Shown here: in pieces, positions 1 to 9,493 of the stretch
How the letters are laid out: each line of letters begins with the position of its first letter
Numbering within the stretch: position 1 is the first letter of the stretch
DNA from: an uncultured Gemmatimonadaceae bacterium
GTDB taxonomy: Bacteria; Gemmatimonadota; Gemmatimonadetes; Gemmatimonadales; Gemmatimonadaceae
Assembly: GCA_963781585.1 (NCBI GenBank)
Contig: CAWAGQ010000005.1
Location: 64,001 to 128,000, forward strand
DNA: 64,000 nt
Reading direction: 5' to 3'
Translations under genes and position numbers: made by a program
Notes under the pieces: model-generated
Seen by the model: the letters and a program-made list of their open reading frames with translations, nothing else
Databases searched by the model: none
Told to the model about the DNA's origin: nothing

Positions 1-337
1 GCTCGCCGACCCAGCCGGCCAATATCCGCTCGATGTGGTTCTGCCACAGCCCGAGCCCGTAGGGGTGGCGGGTGGGAAAGTCGCTGATGTCCAAGCGGAC
101 GGTGGCGAACCCCGCGACCTGAGCCTTCTGCCCCTGCGAGAGGAACCGATCGGCGATTCCACGCTGATCGAGAACCTCGATGGTGCGTGAGTGCAGACCG
201 CCCGAGCGCGAGCCGATGACGTCCTGGCTGGCGCGCCGCTCGACAATCGCGACGTCGACCCCCGCCAACGCCAGCTCGCCCGCCAACATCAGCCCGGTCG
301 GACCGCCTCCGGCTATCACCACCGCATGTTCGGTCAT
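1..337 (-). CDS. FAD-dependent monooxygenase (PheA/TfdB/Rox-like family), N-terminal part; runs off the window start
   Basis: My translation from ATG 337: MTEHAVVIAGGGPTGLMLAGELALAGVDVAIVERR...SRSGGLHSRTIEVLDQRG, with a GxGxxG Rossmann motif. AGGAG RBS upstream. Not in the ORF track. Confidence 0.88.
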   Translation of the reverse strand, partial: MTEHAVVIAGGGPTGLMLAGELALAGVDVAIVERRASQDVIGSRSGGLHSRTIEVLDQRGIADRFLSQGQKAQVAGFATVRLDISDFPTRHPYGLGLWQNHIERILAGWVGE

Positions 338-378
338 CGCAACTCCTGGTTCAGAATGAGCGCGAAGTTTGAACTGCC

Positions 379-506
379 ACCTAACGTGGTGCTGCTGCCG
401 GCGGCGTGGGGTAGAGAGGCCGTACGGCGCTCGCCTCAGCCACGGGAGTGTACCGATGGCCGCGCTGATCGCGCAGATACACAGCGCTGAAGTGTTCGCG
501 TTGGGC
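379..506 (+). mobile_element. degenerate attC-like site
   Basis: ACCTAAC (RYYYAAC), 5-nt spacer, then GCTGCTGC-CGGCG as a left arm. Ends ...GCTGAAGTGTTCGC-GTTGGGC (GTTRRRY). The arms pair poorly. Confidence 0.45.
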
Positions 507-807
507 GACGCGACGCGCCCTGCTTAAGAGGGGAAAGGCCACCGCGTAGCCGGTCCCGGCACTCGTGCTGTCAAGGTGCATAGTCTGTATAGCAATGCAC
601 CAGTCATCCGAACTGATCGGTACCAGCCGTGATGAAGCGTTGCGGCGTGAAGGCCGAGACGAGGATCACGGCACCGAAAATACCACGCCGCCACGATGCA
701 CAGCCGCCGGAAGATCACGCGCGCGCGCGCGCGACGCCCGCGAAGGGCGCCGATCGTGGCGACGATCAGAGTGCCGACGCCCGCGAGAAAGTGGATGAGG
801 AGCCGCT

Positions 808-899
808 GCAGAACGTGCGGGCAGCGTGCGCGCTCGGCTTCGCCAGCGCGCACGCATCCCATGACAGCCCGCCGCAGCATGGCAACGCGATATGCCGCA
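808..899 (+). mobile_element. degenerate attC-like site upstream of the toxin-antitoxin pair
   Basis: Perfect 11-bp hairpin GCGTGCGCGCT (824-834)/AGCGCGCACGC (845-855) around a CGGCTTCGCC loop. Right arm CGCCGCAGCA..., ending GATATGCCGCA (889-899), one mismatch from GTTATGC. Confidence 0.5.
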
Positions 900-965
900 A
901 CCGCCGGCACTTGCGCTCGTACGGATCGGTTGTAGTATTCGTACGTACACGATTCGGAGTGCGGA

Positions 966-1193
966 ATGACGACCACGAAGCGCACTACTTCGCGCCGGCC
1001 CGCTGGCCGCCGAGGGAAGGTGCGGAAGGAGTTCTGGCTCGACCCGAAGGCGCTGCGTCGCGCCCAGACCGTGCTTGGCACGGCGACCGAACGCGAAACG
1101 GTTGAGCGGGCGCTGGACATGGTTGCGTTCCGCGCCGAGGTCCAGGAAGGCGTTGCCGCGCTCGCGGGATTGGAGCTCGACCCGCGCGCGTAA
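966..1193 (+). CDS. vapB: VapB-like antitoxin
   Basis: 75 aa with LDPKALRRAQTVLGTATERETVERAL, a ribbon-helix-helix-type pattern. GGAG RBS. Lies directly before a PIN-domain gene. Confidence 0.75.
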   Translation: MTTTKRTTSRRPAGRRGKVRKEFWLDPKALRRAQTVLGTATERETVERALDMVAFRAEVQEGVAALAGLELDPRA

Positions 1194-1194
1194 C

Positions 1195-1644
1195 GTGCGC
1201 AGGTACGCGCTGGACTCGAGCTGCTATATCGACGCGAGCCGCGACGCGGCGGCGTTAGCCGCGTTGCAGAGGTTTGTGGCGCGTGCGGCGCCGGGCCTCT
1301 ACGTCAGCAGCGTGGTGGCGGCCGAACTACGGGGTGGGGCGCGCTCGGCGCGCGATCGCAAGGCGCTTGAGGAGAAGGTGCTTGGGCCGTTTGCGCGCCG
1401 CGACCGGATGCTCACCCCGAGCGCGGCGGCGTGGGATGCGTTGGGCCGCACCCTGACCACACTCCGAGAGCGCGAGGGGCTCCGGCTCGCGCAGGTGCCA
1501 CGCAGTTTCGCGTTCGACGTGTTGCTCGCCTACTCGTGCCGCGAGCATGGCGTTGTGCTCGTGACGGCCAACGCCCGCGATATGGCGCGCATCCGGCGCG
1601 TATTCGCCTTTGAGTACGTGGCGCCGTATCCCGAGGCCGCGTGA
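1195..1644 (+). CDS. vapC: PIN-domain toxin (VapC family)
   Basis: GTG start 1 nt after the antitoxin stop. PIN acidic motifs YALDSSCYID, SSVVAAEL, FDVLLA, LVTANARD. Confidence 0.85.
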   Translation: MRRYALDSSCYIDASRDAAALAALQRFVARAAPGLYVSSVVAAELRGGARSARDRKALEEKVLGPFARRDRMLTPSAAAWDALGRTLTTLREREGLRLAQVPRSFAFDVLLAYSCREHGVVLVTANARDMARIRRVFAFEYVAPYPEAA

Positions 1645-1653
1645 GGCCCAAGG

Positions 1654-1685
1654 TGCGGCATAACCAGCAATTGCGGTCGTTAGAC
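1654..1685 (+). mobile_element. internally deleted attC-like site
   Basis: TGCG-GCATAAC-CAGCA-ATTGC-GGTC-GTTAGAC. Both core-like boxes are present but span only 28 bp, starting 10 nt after the toxin stop. Confidence 0.55.
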
Positions 1686-1687
1686 CG

Positions 1688-1935
1688 CAGAATGAGCTCG
1701 CGGACGCTCTCGATGCTACGCCGGCTCTCGCCGGTGCGGAATTGATCATCGGTCTGCCCGAGCATCAGGTGAGCTTCGAGGGCGGAGGCCACGCATCACA
1801 GAATGACCTGTAGGCGCTTCTACGCCGTGGCAGCGAATTCCTCTCGATGGCCGTCGAAGCCAAAGCTGGAGAGAAACTCGATGATCTGGTGAAGGACTGG
1901 CTCCCGAAGGATGGTGAGCGCAGCCGGTTGCCCAC
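1688..1935 (+). pseudogene. DUF6946-like protein fragment with an internal stop
   Basis: Frame reads ELADALDATPALAGAELIIGLPEHQVSFEGGGHASQNDL*ALLRRGSEFLSMAVEAKAGEKLDDLVKDWL. TAG at 1811; no start codon; truncated. Family assigned from recalled motifs (PEHxV...ASQNDL...AVEAK). Confidence 0.6.
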
Positions 1936-1999
1936 GCATTCCTCCGGTCGCATACTCTCCCCATCCGGTCGCCCCCTCCACCTCGCCGCGAGCCCTCCC

Positions 2000-4318
2000 A
2001 TGTCCGCTCACTCGGTCCGCCCGGCCGTCCCCTCCGCCCTCCGCGCCCTCGTCTGGTCGACATTCGCTCTCGTCACGTTCAGCACGCGCGTCCCGGCGCA
2101 GCAGACGAGCGGCCGCGCCTACACCATCGACGACAACCTCAACCTGCGCTCGGTGCGCATCGAGGACGTCAGCAGCGACGGCCGCTGGGTGGCCATCACC
2201 GTGCGCGTGCGACGCGACGCGCTCGGCGTGGACAACGCCCGCTTCGGCGACCCGACCTACGTCACGCCGTCGATCGCGGAGTTCCAGCTGATCGACGCCA
2301 CCACCGGGCAGTCGCGCGCGATCCTCCCCGGCAAGGTGCAGGTGCGCGGCGCGACGTTCACGAAGGACGGGAGCAAGCTCGCCTTCTACCTCATGAAGGG
2401 CGACGACTGGGTGCTCGAGGTGACCGACGTCGCGGCCAACCGCACGCGGGCGATCGCCGTCCGTACCACGAAGCAGATCGCATCCAACGCGCCGCTCGAG
2501 TGGGCGCCCGACGGCAACTCGGTGCTGACGACGCTCCGCCCCGACGGCTGGGCAGCCGAGGCGCGCGCGGCATTTCTGCAGCTGACCGAAGGACCGATCG
2601 TCGTGCAGGACGCGAGGGAACCGTTCCTCTCCTGGGACGCGGTGCGCAACTTCGGCGACCGGCAGGTTCCGGCCATCGTCACCCTGGGCGACGGCGCCGT
2701 GCGCGAGCTCCTGCCCGAGACGCCGATCCGCGGCGCGCAGTTCTCTGCGGACGGCTCGTACCTCGCCTACTCCACCGCGGAACCGAAGAAGACGGCGTAC
2801 GACAACAACTCGGGAACGGCCTACGGCGTCTTCAAGCTCACGCTCGCCGCCGGCGCACGGCCCGACACGCTGGTGAAGCCCGCCGAGCACCGGCTGATGC
2901 CCCGATGGAACGACAGCGCGACCGCGTTCGCCTGGGCCGACAAGGGCAACGTATTCGTCCGCTGGCTGGACGCCGACAGCGCCCGAAACCTCACGGCGAA
3001 GTACCGGAAGCCGGAGCCGAAGACCGACACCGCGAAGACCGACACCGCGAAGCCCGACACCGCGAAGACCGACACCACCAGGACAGCGTACGCGCTGGTC
3101 AGCTGGCGGCCCGACGGTGGCGCACTGCTCGTGAGCGCGAAGGACGGCTACCACCTCCTCGACGCGCGCACGGATTCGATGACGCTCGTCTATCCGTTCG
3201 AGGCCGACACTGCCACGCGGCCCACACGCGGTTTCGCCGGATGGAGCCGCGACGGGCGCTACCTGTTCGTCTCCCGTTCGGCGAGGGACCGCTGGGCGCG
3301 CGGACTCGAGCGCTACGACCTCACTACGCGGCAGGCGGCCGACCTCGCGATCGACACCAATCTCTACTCCAGCTGGCACGTGTCCGACGACGGATCGCGC
3401 TTCGTGTTCGAGCGGTCCGACGGCGACCGTCCCAACGAGGTGTACACCGCCGGCCGTGACCTCGCCGACGCGCACGCGATCACGAGGCTCAATCCGCAGC
3501 TCGACGGCGTGGCGCTCACGCACTCGGAGCTGGTGAGCTATCGCGACGCGGACGGGAAGAAGCTCTACGGCGTGCTGTACTATCCGTACGGCTACCAGCC
3601 CGGAACGAAGTACCCGCTGGTCGCGGAGATCTACGAGACATTCTTCGACAACGGATTCAACGAGAACATGAACCTGCTCGCCGCGCGCGGGTGGTTCGTC
3701 TTCCACCCGTCGGTGGACCTGCAGATCGGCTACCCCGGCGAAGCGTGGGTGAAGGGCGTGACCGACGCGATCAACACGCTCGAGGACCGTGGCCTCGTGG
3801 ATGGAACGAAGCTCGGCGTCGAGGGGACGAGCTACGGCGGGTACGCCACCAACCTGCTGATCACGCAGACCAACCGGTTCGCCGCCGCGGTGAACATCTC
3901 CGGGAAGGTGAACATCATCTCCTTCCTCGGCGACAGCCCGAAGATCGGGACGCGCAACTACAGCGCCGCGGAGAACGGGCAGGACCGCATCGGCGCGACG
4001 CTGTGGGAGGCGCCGCTCAAGTACATCCAGCACTCGGCCGTCATGTTCGCCGACCGCATCCACACGCCGCTGCTCATGCTCACCGGCAAGCAGGACTGGA
4101 ACGTGCCGGACACCAACGAGCGCGAGATGTACTACGCGCTCCGCCGGCTGGGGAAGGAAGCGGTGTGGGTGCAGTACGCCGACGCCGGGCATGGCGCGGG
4201 CCGGGCCGGGAACGAGCCGGACTTCCGGGACCACTGGACGCGGATGTTCGACTGGTTCGGGACGCACTTCGAAAAGTCTGCGGCGAAGAAGAAGGCGGCG
4301 ACGTCCGGGGCGCGGTAA
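2000..4318 (+). CDS. secreted S9 family peptidase (dipeptidyl aminopeptidase/acylaminoacyl peptidase)
   Basis: Signal-like N-terminus from ATG 2000, beta-propeller (SxDG) repeats, nucleophile GTSYGG, Asp in GKQDWNV, His in AGHG. Confidence 0.92.
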   Translation: MSAHSVRPAVPSALRALVWSTFALVTFSTRVPAQQTSGRAYTIDDNLNLRSVRIEDVSSDGRWVAITVRVRRDALGVDNARFGDPTYVTPSIAEFQLIDATTGQSRAILPGKVQVRGATFTKDGSKLAFYLMKGDDWVLEVTDVAANRTRAIAVRTTKQIASNAPLEWAPDGNSVLTTLRPDGWAAEARAAFLQLTEGPIVVQDAREPFLSWDAVRNFGDRQVPAIVTLGDGAVRELLPETPIRGAQFSADGSYLAYSTAEPKKTAYDNNSGTAYGVFKLTLAAGARPDTLVKPAEHRLMPRWNDSATAFAWADKGNVFVRWLDADSARNLTAKYRKPEPKTDTAKTDTAKPDTAKTDTTRTAYALVSWRPDGGALLVSAKDGYHLLDARTDSMTLVYPFEADTATRPTRGFAGWSRDGRYLFVSRSARDRWARGLERYDLTTRQAADLAIDTNLYSSWHVSDDGSRFVFERSDGDRPNEVYTAGRDLADAHAITRLNPQLDGVALTHSELVSYRDADGKKLYGVLYYPYGYQPGTKYPLVAEIYETFFDNGFNENMNLLAARGWFVFHPSVDLQIGYPGEAWVKGVTDAINTLEDRGLVDGTKLGVEGTSYGGYATNLLITQTNRFAAAVNISGKVNIISFLGDSPKIGTRNYSAAENGQDRIGATLWEAPLKYIQHSAVMFADRIHTPLLMLTGKQDWNVPDTNEREMYYALRRLGKEAVWVQYADAGHGAGRAGNEPDFRDHWTRMFDWFGTHFEKSAAKKKAATSGAR
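3020..3079 (+). repeat. 15-bp in-frame tandem repeat x4 (KTDTA)
   Basis: AAGACCGACACCGCG repeated four times with few substitutions. Confidence 0.9.
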
Positions 4319-4414
4319 GCGCAACAAACCAACTGCAGGCCTGGCCGCCGTAGCTGACGCGACCGCGGTGTGCTATGATTTCTGCCCGGACAACCCTCAG
4401 CGCTGGTGGTCGCG

Positions 4415-5776
4415 ATGCCGCGTCCAGGTCTGGTCGTCATTCTCGCGTGCTGTGTCATCGCTGCCGGATGCCGTTCGATCGCAGACGCATTGGGCGCACC
4501 GCACATCGTCTCGGTCACCATCACTGCGCCGCCTGGGCTCCTCGTTGGTGATACGGCGACCGCGGTAGCAGTTGCCGTGGCTGACGACGGCAGAGAACGC
4601 CCCGGGTGGCCGAGGCACTGGAGCAGTAGCGATCCAGCCGCGCTCTCCGTTGACGCAAACGGCAAGATGGTTGCGCTGGTCGGTGGCCGCACGGTGACCA
4701 TCACGTGCGAGGTAGACGGCAAGAAGGGAACGGCAACCGTCGGGGTCTCGGGCGACGATAGCCGATTCGGATATGCGTTCGCCGACCAACCGACCGCCGC
4801 TGGTCCGTATGCGCCACCCGCCGGGACGAGCTTCACCTCGGGCGGCGGGACGATCGAGGTAACGCGGGCATCTGCCGGCGTCTATTCCGTGCGGTTCGCA
4901 GGACTGGGCCGGCAGCCCGGGCAGCGCGACAACGTCCAGGTGTCCGCCTACAGCAGCGTGCCAGTGTATTGCGACGTCGGCGTCTGGAGCACCAGCGGCG
5001 CAGATCTCGTGGTTCCTGTGCTCTGCTTCGAGGGCAAGCCGTCGACGAGCGGCGGGACTCCCACGGATAGCCGCTTCACGGTCATGGCGCTCGGCGCCTG
5101 GGCGTTCGGAAAAACCGCGCCGCTCGGCTTTCTCGCGTATCAACCTGACACTGTGCCGGTCTGGCTGGACACCTCCGCGATGGCTCGCAACTCATCCGGT
5201 GGGCACGTCGCCGCGGGACGTGACTCCGAAGGGAATTTCGGCGTGCAGTTCCAGGGTCTCGAGTCCGCGTGGCTGGCCGCACCCGCGGCAATTCACACCA
5301 CCGGTATCGGGGGCGGTGCGAGGCGTTGTCGATCTTCGGCGTACGACAAGGCCAGCGCGAGTCTCCACGTTGTCTGTGCCGGACAAGGCGGTAACCCTCG
5401 TGACTCGCCGTGGTCGCTGCTGTGGCTGCAGCACGGAAGACCGACGATGCGCTTCGGTTTCGCCTGGGCCACGAGCCAAACGTCGCTGGTCGATTATACT
5501 CCCTTTGCGGATTTTCTCATCAACTCGTCAGGCGGGTCGGTCAAGGCACGCAAGACGGCACTTGGCCAGTACCACGTGGTCTTCGCGGGCCTCGGCCGGC
5601 CCGCCGGGGCAACCGAGACTGTCCTCGTGTCGCCGCTCTTCACGCCTAACGATGGGATGTGCGACATCCTTTCGTGGGGGAACACTGGTGCGAGCGATCT
5701 GTTCGTCGACGTCGCCTGTTACGACCCCACAGCCGCCGCGGTCGACTCGCGGTTTGGCGTGATGGTGATTCAATAG
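4415..5776 (+). CDS. putative lipoprotein with an Ig-like domain and three ~105-aa Cys-containing repeats
   Basis: Lipobox-like IAAGC, Ig-like WSSSDPAALSVDANG, repeated YxVxFxGL...C...DSxF units. Extended -10 TGCTATGAT at 4371-4379. Confidence 0.75.
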   Translation: MPRPGLVVILACCVIAAGCRSIADALGAPHIVSVTITAPPGLLVGDTATAVAVAVADDGRERPGWPRHWSSSDPAALSVDANGKMVALVGGRTVTITCEVDGKKGTATVGVSGDDSRFGYAFADQPTAAGPYAPPAGTSFTSGGGTIEVTRASAGVYSVRFAGLGRQPGQRDNVQVSAYSSVPVYCDVGVWSTSGADLVVPVLCFEGKPSTSGGTPTDSRFTVMALGAWAFGKTAPLGFLAYQPDTVPVWLDTSAMARNSSGGHVAAGRDSEGNFGVQFQGLESAWLAAPAAIHTTGIGGGARRCRSSAYDKASASLHVVCAGQGGNPRDSPWSLLWLQHGRPTMRFGFAWATSQTSLVDYTPFADFLINSSGGSVKARKTALGQYHVVFAGLGRPAGATETVLVSPLFTPNDGMCDILSWGNTGASDLFVDVACYDPTAAAVDSRFGVMVIQ

Positions 5777-5877
5777 CGCACCACCGGTCCGCGCCCATGA
5801 GATCGTCGGACCGAGGATCACACCGACTCATGCGACAGCTTCGTTTGGCGGCATCGGACGACCGCGCGCACCTCAAG

Positions 5878-6010
5878 ATGACCTCCGACGGCATGGACCG
5901 CGGGCAGGCGCACGATTCCGCGGCACGACTGAGGGGTTTCGGCTCCCTCGGCTTGACGGCCATCACCGTGATATTGGCCGGCGGCGTGGTCGGACCACCG
6001 GTGAGCTCTG
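5878..6010 (+). pseudogene. possible N-terminal fragment of a CPBP/Abi intramembrane protease
   Basis: MTSDG...AARLRGFGSLGLTAITVILAGGVVGPPVS resembles the N-terminus I recall for such proteins, then the similarity ends. Confidence 0.35.
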
Positions 6011-6106
6011 GGAGGCGCCCATTGCTCATCTCCTGTTCCGGTAGCAGCCGCTCGGTATGACCGCGACGTTCCCGCAGTGCTCTCAGCGTGATGGCAGGAG
6101 GTTTCC

Positions 6107-7477
6107 ATGGCAGACCACCGGCACGGAAAGGACACACCGGCACACAAGTCGTCGACAGCGACCAGAGGGATTGGCGACGCATACGACCACGCGTACGAAG
6201 CCGCGCAGCCCGATAGGGGACGAGCCGTCGTGCCAGTCGAACTCGAGGCCGGAGAGGTTGACTGGGAGTTCGTGCCGGGGCGGCGGACTCGGGCCTGGGG
6301 GTTCGGCGGCAAGGTGCCCGGCCCGACTATCGAGGCTCAGGTCGGTGACGTGCTCGAGATCCGCCTCACGAATCACTTACCCGAGCCGACGGTAGTCCAC
6401 TGGCATGGGCTGCGCATTCCAGCGGCAATGGACGGGACGGAAATGGTGCAGCGACCGGTCATGCCGGGGAACACCTTTACCTATCGGTTCAAACTCCCGG
6501 ATGCGGGCACCTTCTGGTACCATTCTCATCTCAATGAGACAGTGCAGCTCGAGCGTGGACTCTACGGAGCACTAATCGTGCGATCCGGGGAGGAGCCGGG
6601 CTTCGATCGCGAGCGCGTTCTCGTATTCGATGATGTCGAGCTCCAGGACGATGGAACGATCAAGCCCCCGGGGTGGTGGCTTGAATCGCACGACGGACGC
6701 GAAGGCAGTACTCGACTCGTGAATGGGAAGCAGGAGCCCGAGCTCACGATGGCTGCCGGCCAGGTCGAACGTTGGCGGATCATCAACGCGGCGAGCGCCC
6801 GTTATGTGCGGCTGTCGATCGGCGGACGTCCATTCCGCATCATCGGCAGCGATGGAGGATTGATCGCCGCACCCGTCACCGCCGCGGATACACTCCTGGC
6901 ACCAGCGGACAGGGTAGAACTCGCGGTGGGGCCATTTGCCGAAGGGGAGATTCTTCGCGTCGAAGCGCTTCCGTTCAATCGTGGTTCCTTCAAGGCCCAC
7001 AAGAAGCCGGAGTTGTTCGCAACGCTCCGCGTTGGGTCCAGCGCCCCCTCGATAGCACATATCCCTGAGAAGCTCCGCCACATCGAGCCCCTGGTTACGG
7101 GACCGGTCAAGGTGGGCCGTGAGATCCGTCTGGGGTTCACCCTCGGCATCAGGCACGGCGTCGAGTTCACGATCAACCGGGAGCAGCATCACCACGCCGA
7201 TCCTGTGCGGGTGGGTGAATTGCAGGTCTGGGACGTCGTCAACCGTTCGCCGGTCCACCACCCGTTCCACCTCCACGGCTTCTTCTTCCAGGTGTTGGAG
7301 GTGAACGGGGAGGCTCCCGGCTTTCTGTCATGGGAAGACACGGTCAATGTTCCCGCATTCGGCAGGGTCCGCATCGCCTGGATGCCGGATGACCGGCCGG
7401 GTGAATGGATGTACCACTGCCACATCCTCGAGCACCACGCGGCCGGAATGATGGCGCACTTCGACGTCGTTCGGTGA
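6107..7477 (+). CDS. multicopper oxidase (three cupredoxin domains)
   Basis: Cu motifs HWHG, WYHSH, HPFHLHG, HCHILEHHAAGMM. AGGAGG RBS. Confidence 0.95.
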   Translation: MADHRHGKDTPAHKSSTATRGIGDAYDHAYEAAQPDRGRAVVPVELEAGEVDWEFVPGRRTRAWGFGGKVPGPTIEAQVGDVLEIRLTNHLPEPTVVHWHGLRIPAAMDGTEMVQRPVMPGNTFTYRFKLPDAGTFWYHSHLNETVQLERGLYGALIVRSGEEPGFDRERVLVFDDVELQDDGTIKPPGWWLESHDGREGSTRLVNGKQEPELTMAAGQVERWRIINAASARYVRLSIGGRPFRIIGSDGGLIAAPVTAADTLLAPADRVELAVGPFAEGEILRVEALPFNRGSFKAHKKPELFATLRVGSSAPSIAHIPEKLRHIEPLVTGPVKVGREIRLGFTLGIRHGVEFTINREQHHHADPVRVGELQVWDVVNRSPVHHPFHLHGFFFQVLEVNGEAPGFLSWEDTVNVPAFGRVRIAWMPDDRPGEWMYHCHILEHHAAGMMAHFDVVR

Positions 7478-7599
7478 ATTCAGACGAGGAGGATGGGCAT
7501 GAACAACAGAACATTCGTCGTTCGTGCTTACGCTGCCGAAGAAGTGAGGACAGATTCCCGACGGTTGCCAGCGTCGTTCGGCCTGCCGAGGAGCGTCCG

Positions 7600-8492
7600 A
7601 TGCATCATGACCGTGTGGCATGGTTCGCGCTGACCGCCGCGGCGGTGGCGATCGCCGGCGCTCCTCCCCCGCGTGCCGTCGCGCCGTTGACGTACGACGT
7701 CTACGCCGTGCGATACGGCGCGATGAGGGATTTTCCCCTCGCCTCGCTGATCGCCGGCGCTGACCCGCGCGCCGCACCGACATCGCGATGATGGTCTGGC
7801 TCCTCCAGGGATCCGATGGCCGCAAGGTGCTCGTCGACGCCGGCTTTCACCGCGCCGACTTCGTCAGGCGGTGGAAGCCCGTCGACTATCTCCCGCCTGA
7901 CGAAGCGGTGGCGCGCGCCGGCGTCCCCGCCGACAGCATCACGGACCTCATCATCACGCACATCCACTGGGACCACCTCGACGGCATCGACCTCTTCCCG
8001 CACGCGCACATCTGGATCCAGCGGGAGGAATACGAACACTATATAGATGCGGACGGACACCGGCTCGCGTCCGCGATCGACACCGGCGACGCGCGCCTGC
8101 TCGCCCAGGCCAGGGCGGCGGGGCGCGTGACGCTGATCGACGGCGACGGGGGCGAGATCCTCCCCGGGATCACGGTCTACACCGGTGGAAAGCACACCTT
8201 CGCATCGCAGTACGCCGGCGTGCGCACCACGTTCGGCACGGTGGTGGTGGCATCGGACAACGTGTATCTGTACGCCAACCTCGACGGCCACCGGCCCATC
8301 GCGCAGACGCTCGACAGCGTGTCGAACCTGCGCGCGCAGGACCGCATGCGCGAACTCGCGAGCGATCCGCGGTTCATCGTTCCCGGCCACGACCCCGCGG
8401 TGTTCGACCGGTTCCCCACTCCGGGAAACGGCGTGGCGCACATTCTTCCGCCGCGCGGTGCGGGCGCCGGCGGCCGTGGGCTTGATGGTTGA
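7600..8492 (+). CDS. secreted N-acyl homoserine lactonase-family metallo-beta-lactamase; frameshift near 7770
   Basis: Signal peptide and YDVYAVRYG in one frame; LVDAG, THIHWDH, SDNVY and PGHD in the next. Confidence 0.85.
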
Positions 8493-8568
8493 TAGGTCGC
8501 GAGACCGATGTGTCTTTCGTGAAATCCAGGCTGCACCCACTCGCATTCATTGCTCCGGAGCTGAGGCC

Positions 8569-9425
8569 ATGCGCGCACGCCACGTGAGCCTGACATCGTC
8601 AGGTATGCTTGCTGTCGCCTTGCTGCACTCGGGGTGTACCCCGGAGCGGCCGGATCACCCGGTGGAATACCGCTCCCCGGCCGGGGTCCAATACCTGGCC
8701 CTGTCGGACACCGGAGCCGTGGCGCACGCGGACTCCGCCCTGGCCGCCGACCCGCGCAACGTCGAGAAGATCCTGCAGCTCGGCCTCGCGCAGGCCGGCA
8801 TTCGCCGTACCGCGAGGCGATCGTGACCTTCACCCGCGCGATTGCGATCGCGCCCGACAGCGGAATCCTCTACCGCTGGCGCGGCCACCGCTACCTGTCG
8901 GTGCGGCAGCTGGACAGCGCGCGGGCCGACCTCGAGCACGGGCTCGCCCTCGATTCCACGCTGTACGGCTGCTGGTATCACCTGGGCGTGGTCAAGTACG
9001 TGACCGGGGACTTCGGCGGCGCAGCCGATGCCTTCGCGCGCGCCCTGCCGCTGGCGCCTAACGCCGAAGAGCACGCCGGATCGATCGACTGGGGCTGGAT
9101 GTCGCTGTCGCGGGCCGGGCACTCAGCCGATGCGCAGGCGTGGCTCGACCGCAACAGCGATTCGATCCCGGCGGTGAATGCCTACACCCGGCGACTGCAG
9201 TTGTATCGCGGCCAGATTCCGCCCGACCAGCTGATCACGCCCGCCGACACGCAGGACATCCAGGTGGCGACGTTGAAGTACGGACTGGGCAACTGGTACC
9301 TGGTGCGCGGCGACACGGCGCAGGCTCGTGCCGCCTTCCAGGCTTCGGTTGCGTCGGGTGGCTGGCCGGCGTTCGGGTTCATCGCCTCAGAGGCGGAGTT
9401 GCGCCGCCTGGGGGCTGCCAGGTAG
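8569..9425 (+). CDS. TPR-repeat lipoprotein; frameshift near 8808
   Basis: LHSGC lipobox-like segment, then TPR helices (YREAIVTFTRAIAIAP, WYHLGVVKYVTGDFGGAADAF) in the shifted frame. Confidence 0.8.
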
Positions 9426-9493
9426 CGGCGAGCGCAAGGAGCGCTGGTCGTCCCCCAGGTGTCTGCGACCGGCCTCCCTCGCGCCCCCTTCCC

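Noticed and set aside
1820..4327. Long antisense ORFs (also 11751-13631, 28088-29461, 33510-35090) and the alternate-frame ORF 30080-32605
   Set aside because: Stop-poor shadows of high-GC genes, Arg/Pro-rich and without motifs.
7499..7633. Small ORF MNNRTFVVRAYAA after a GAGGAGG RBS
   Set aside because: Short, overlaps the lactonase start and has no recognisable family. It may be another shard, but I cannot support that.
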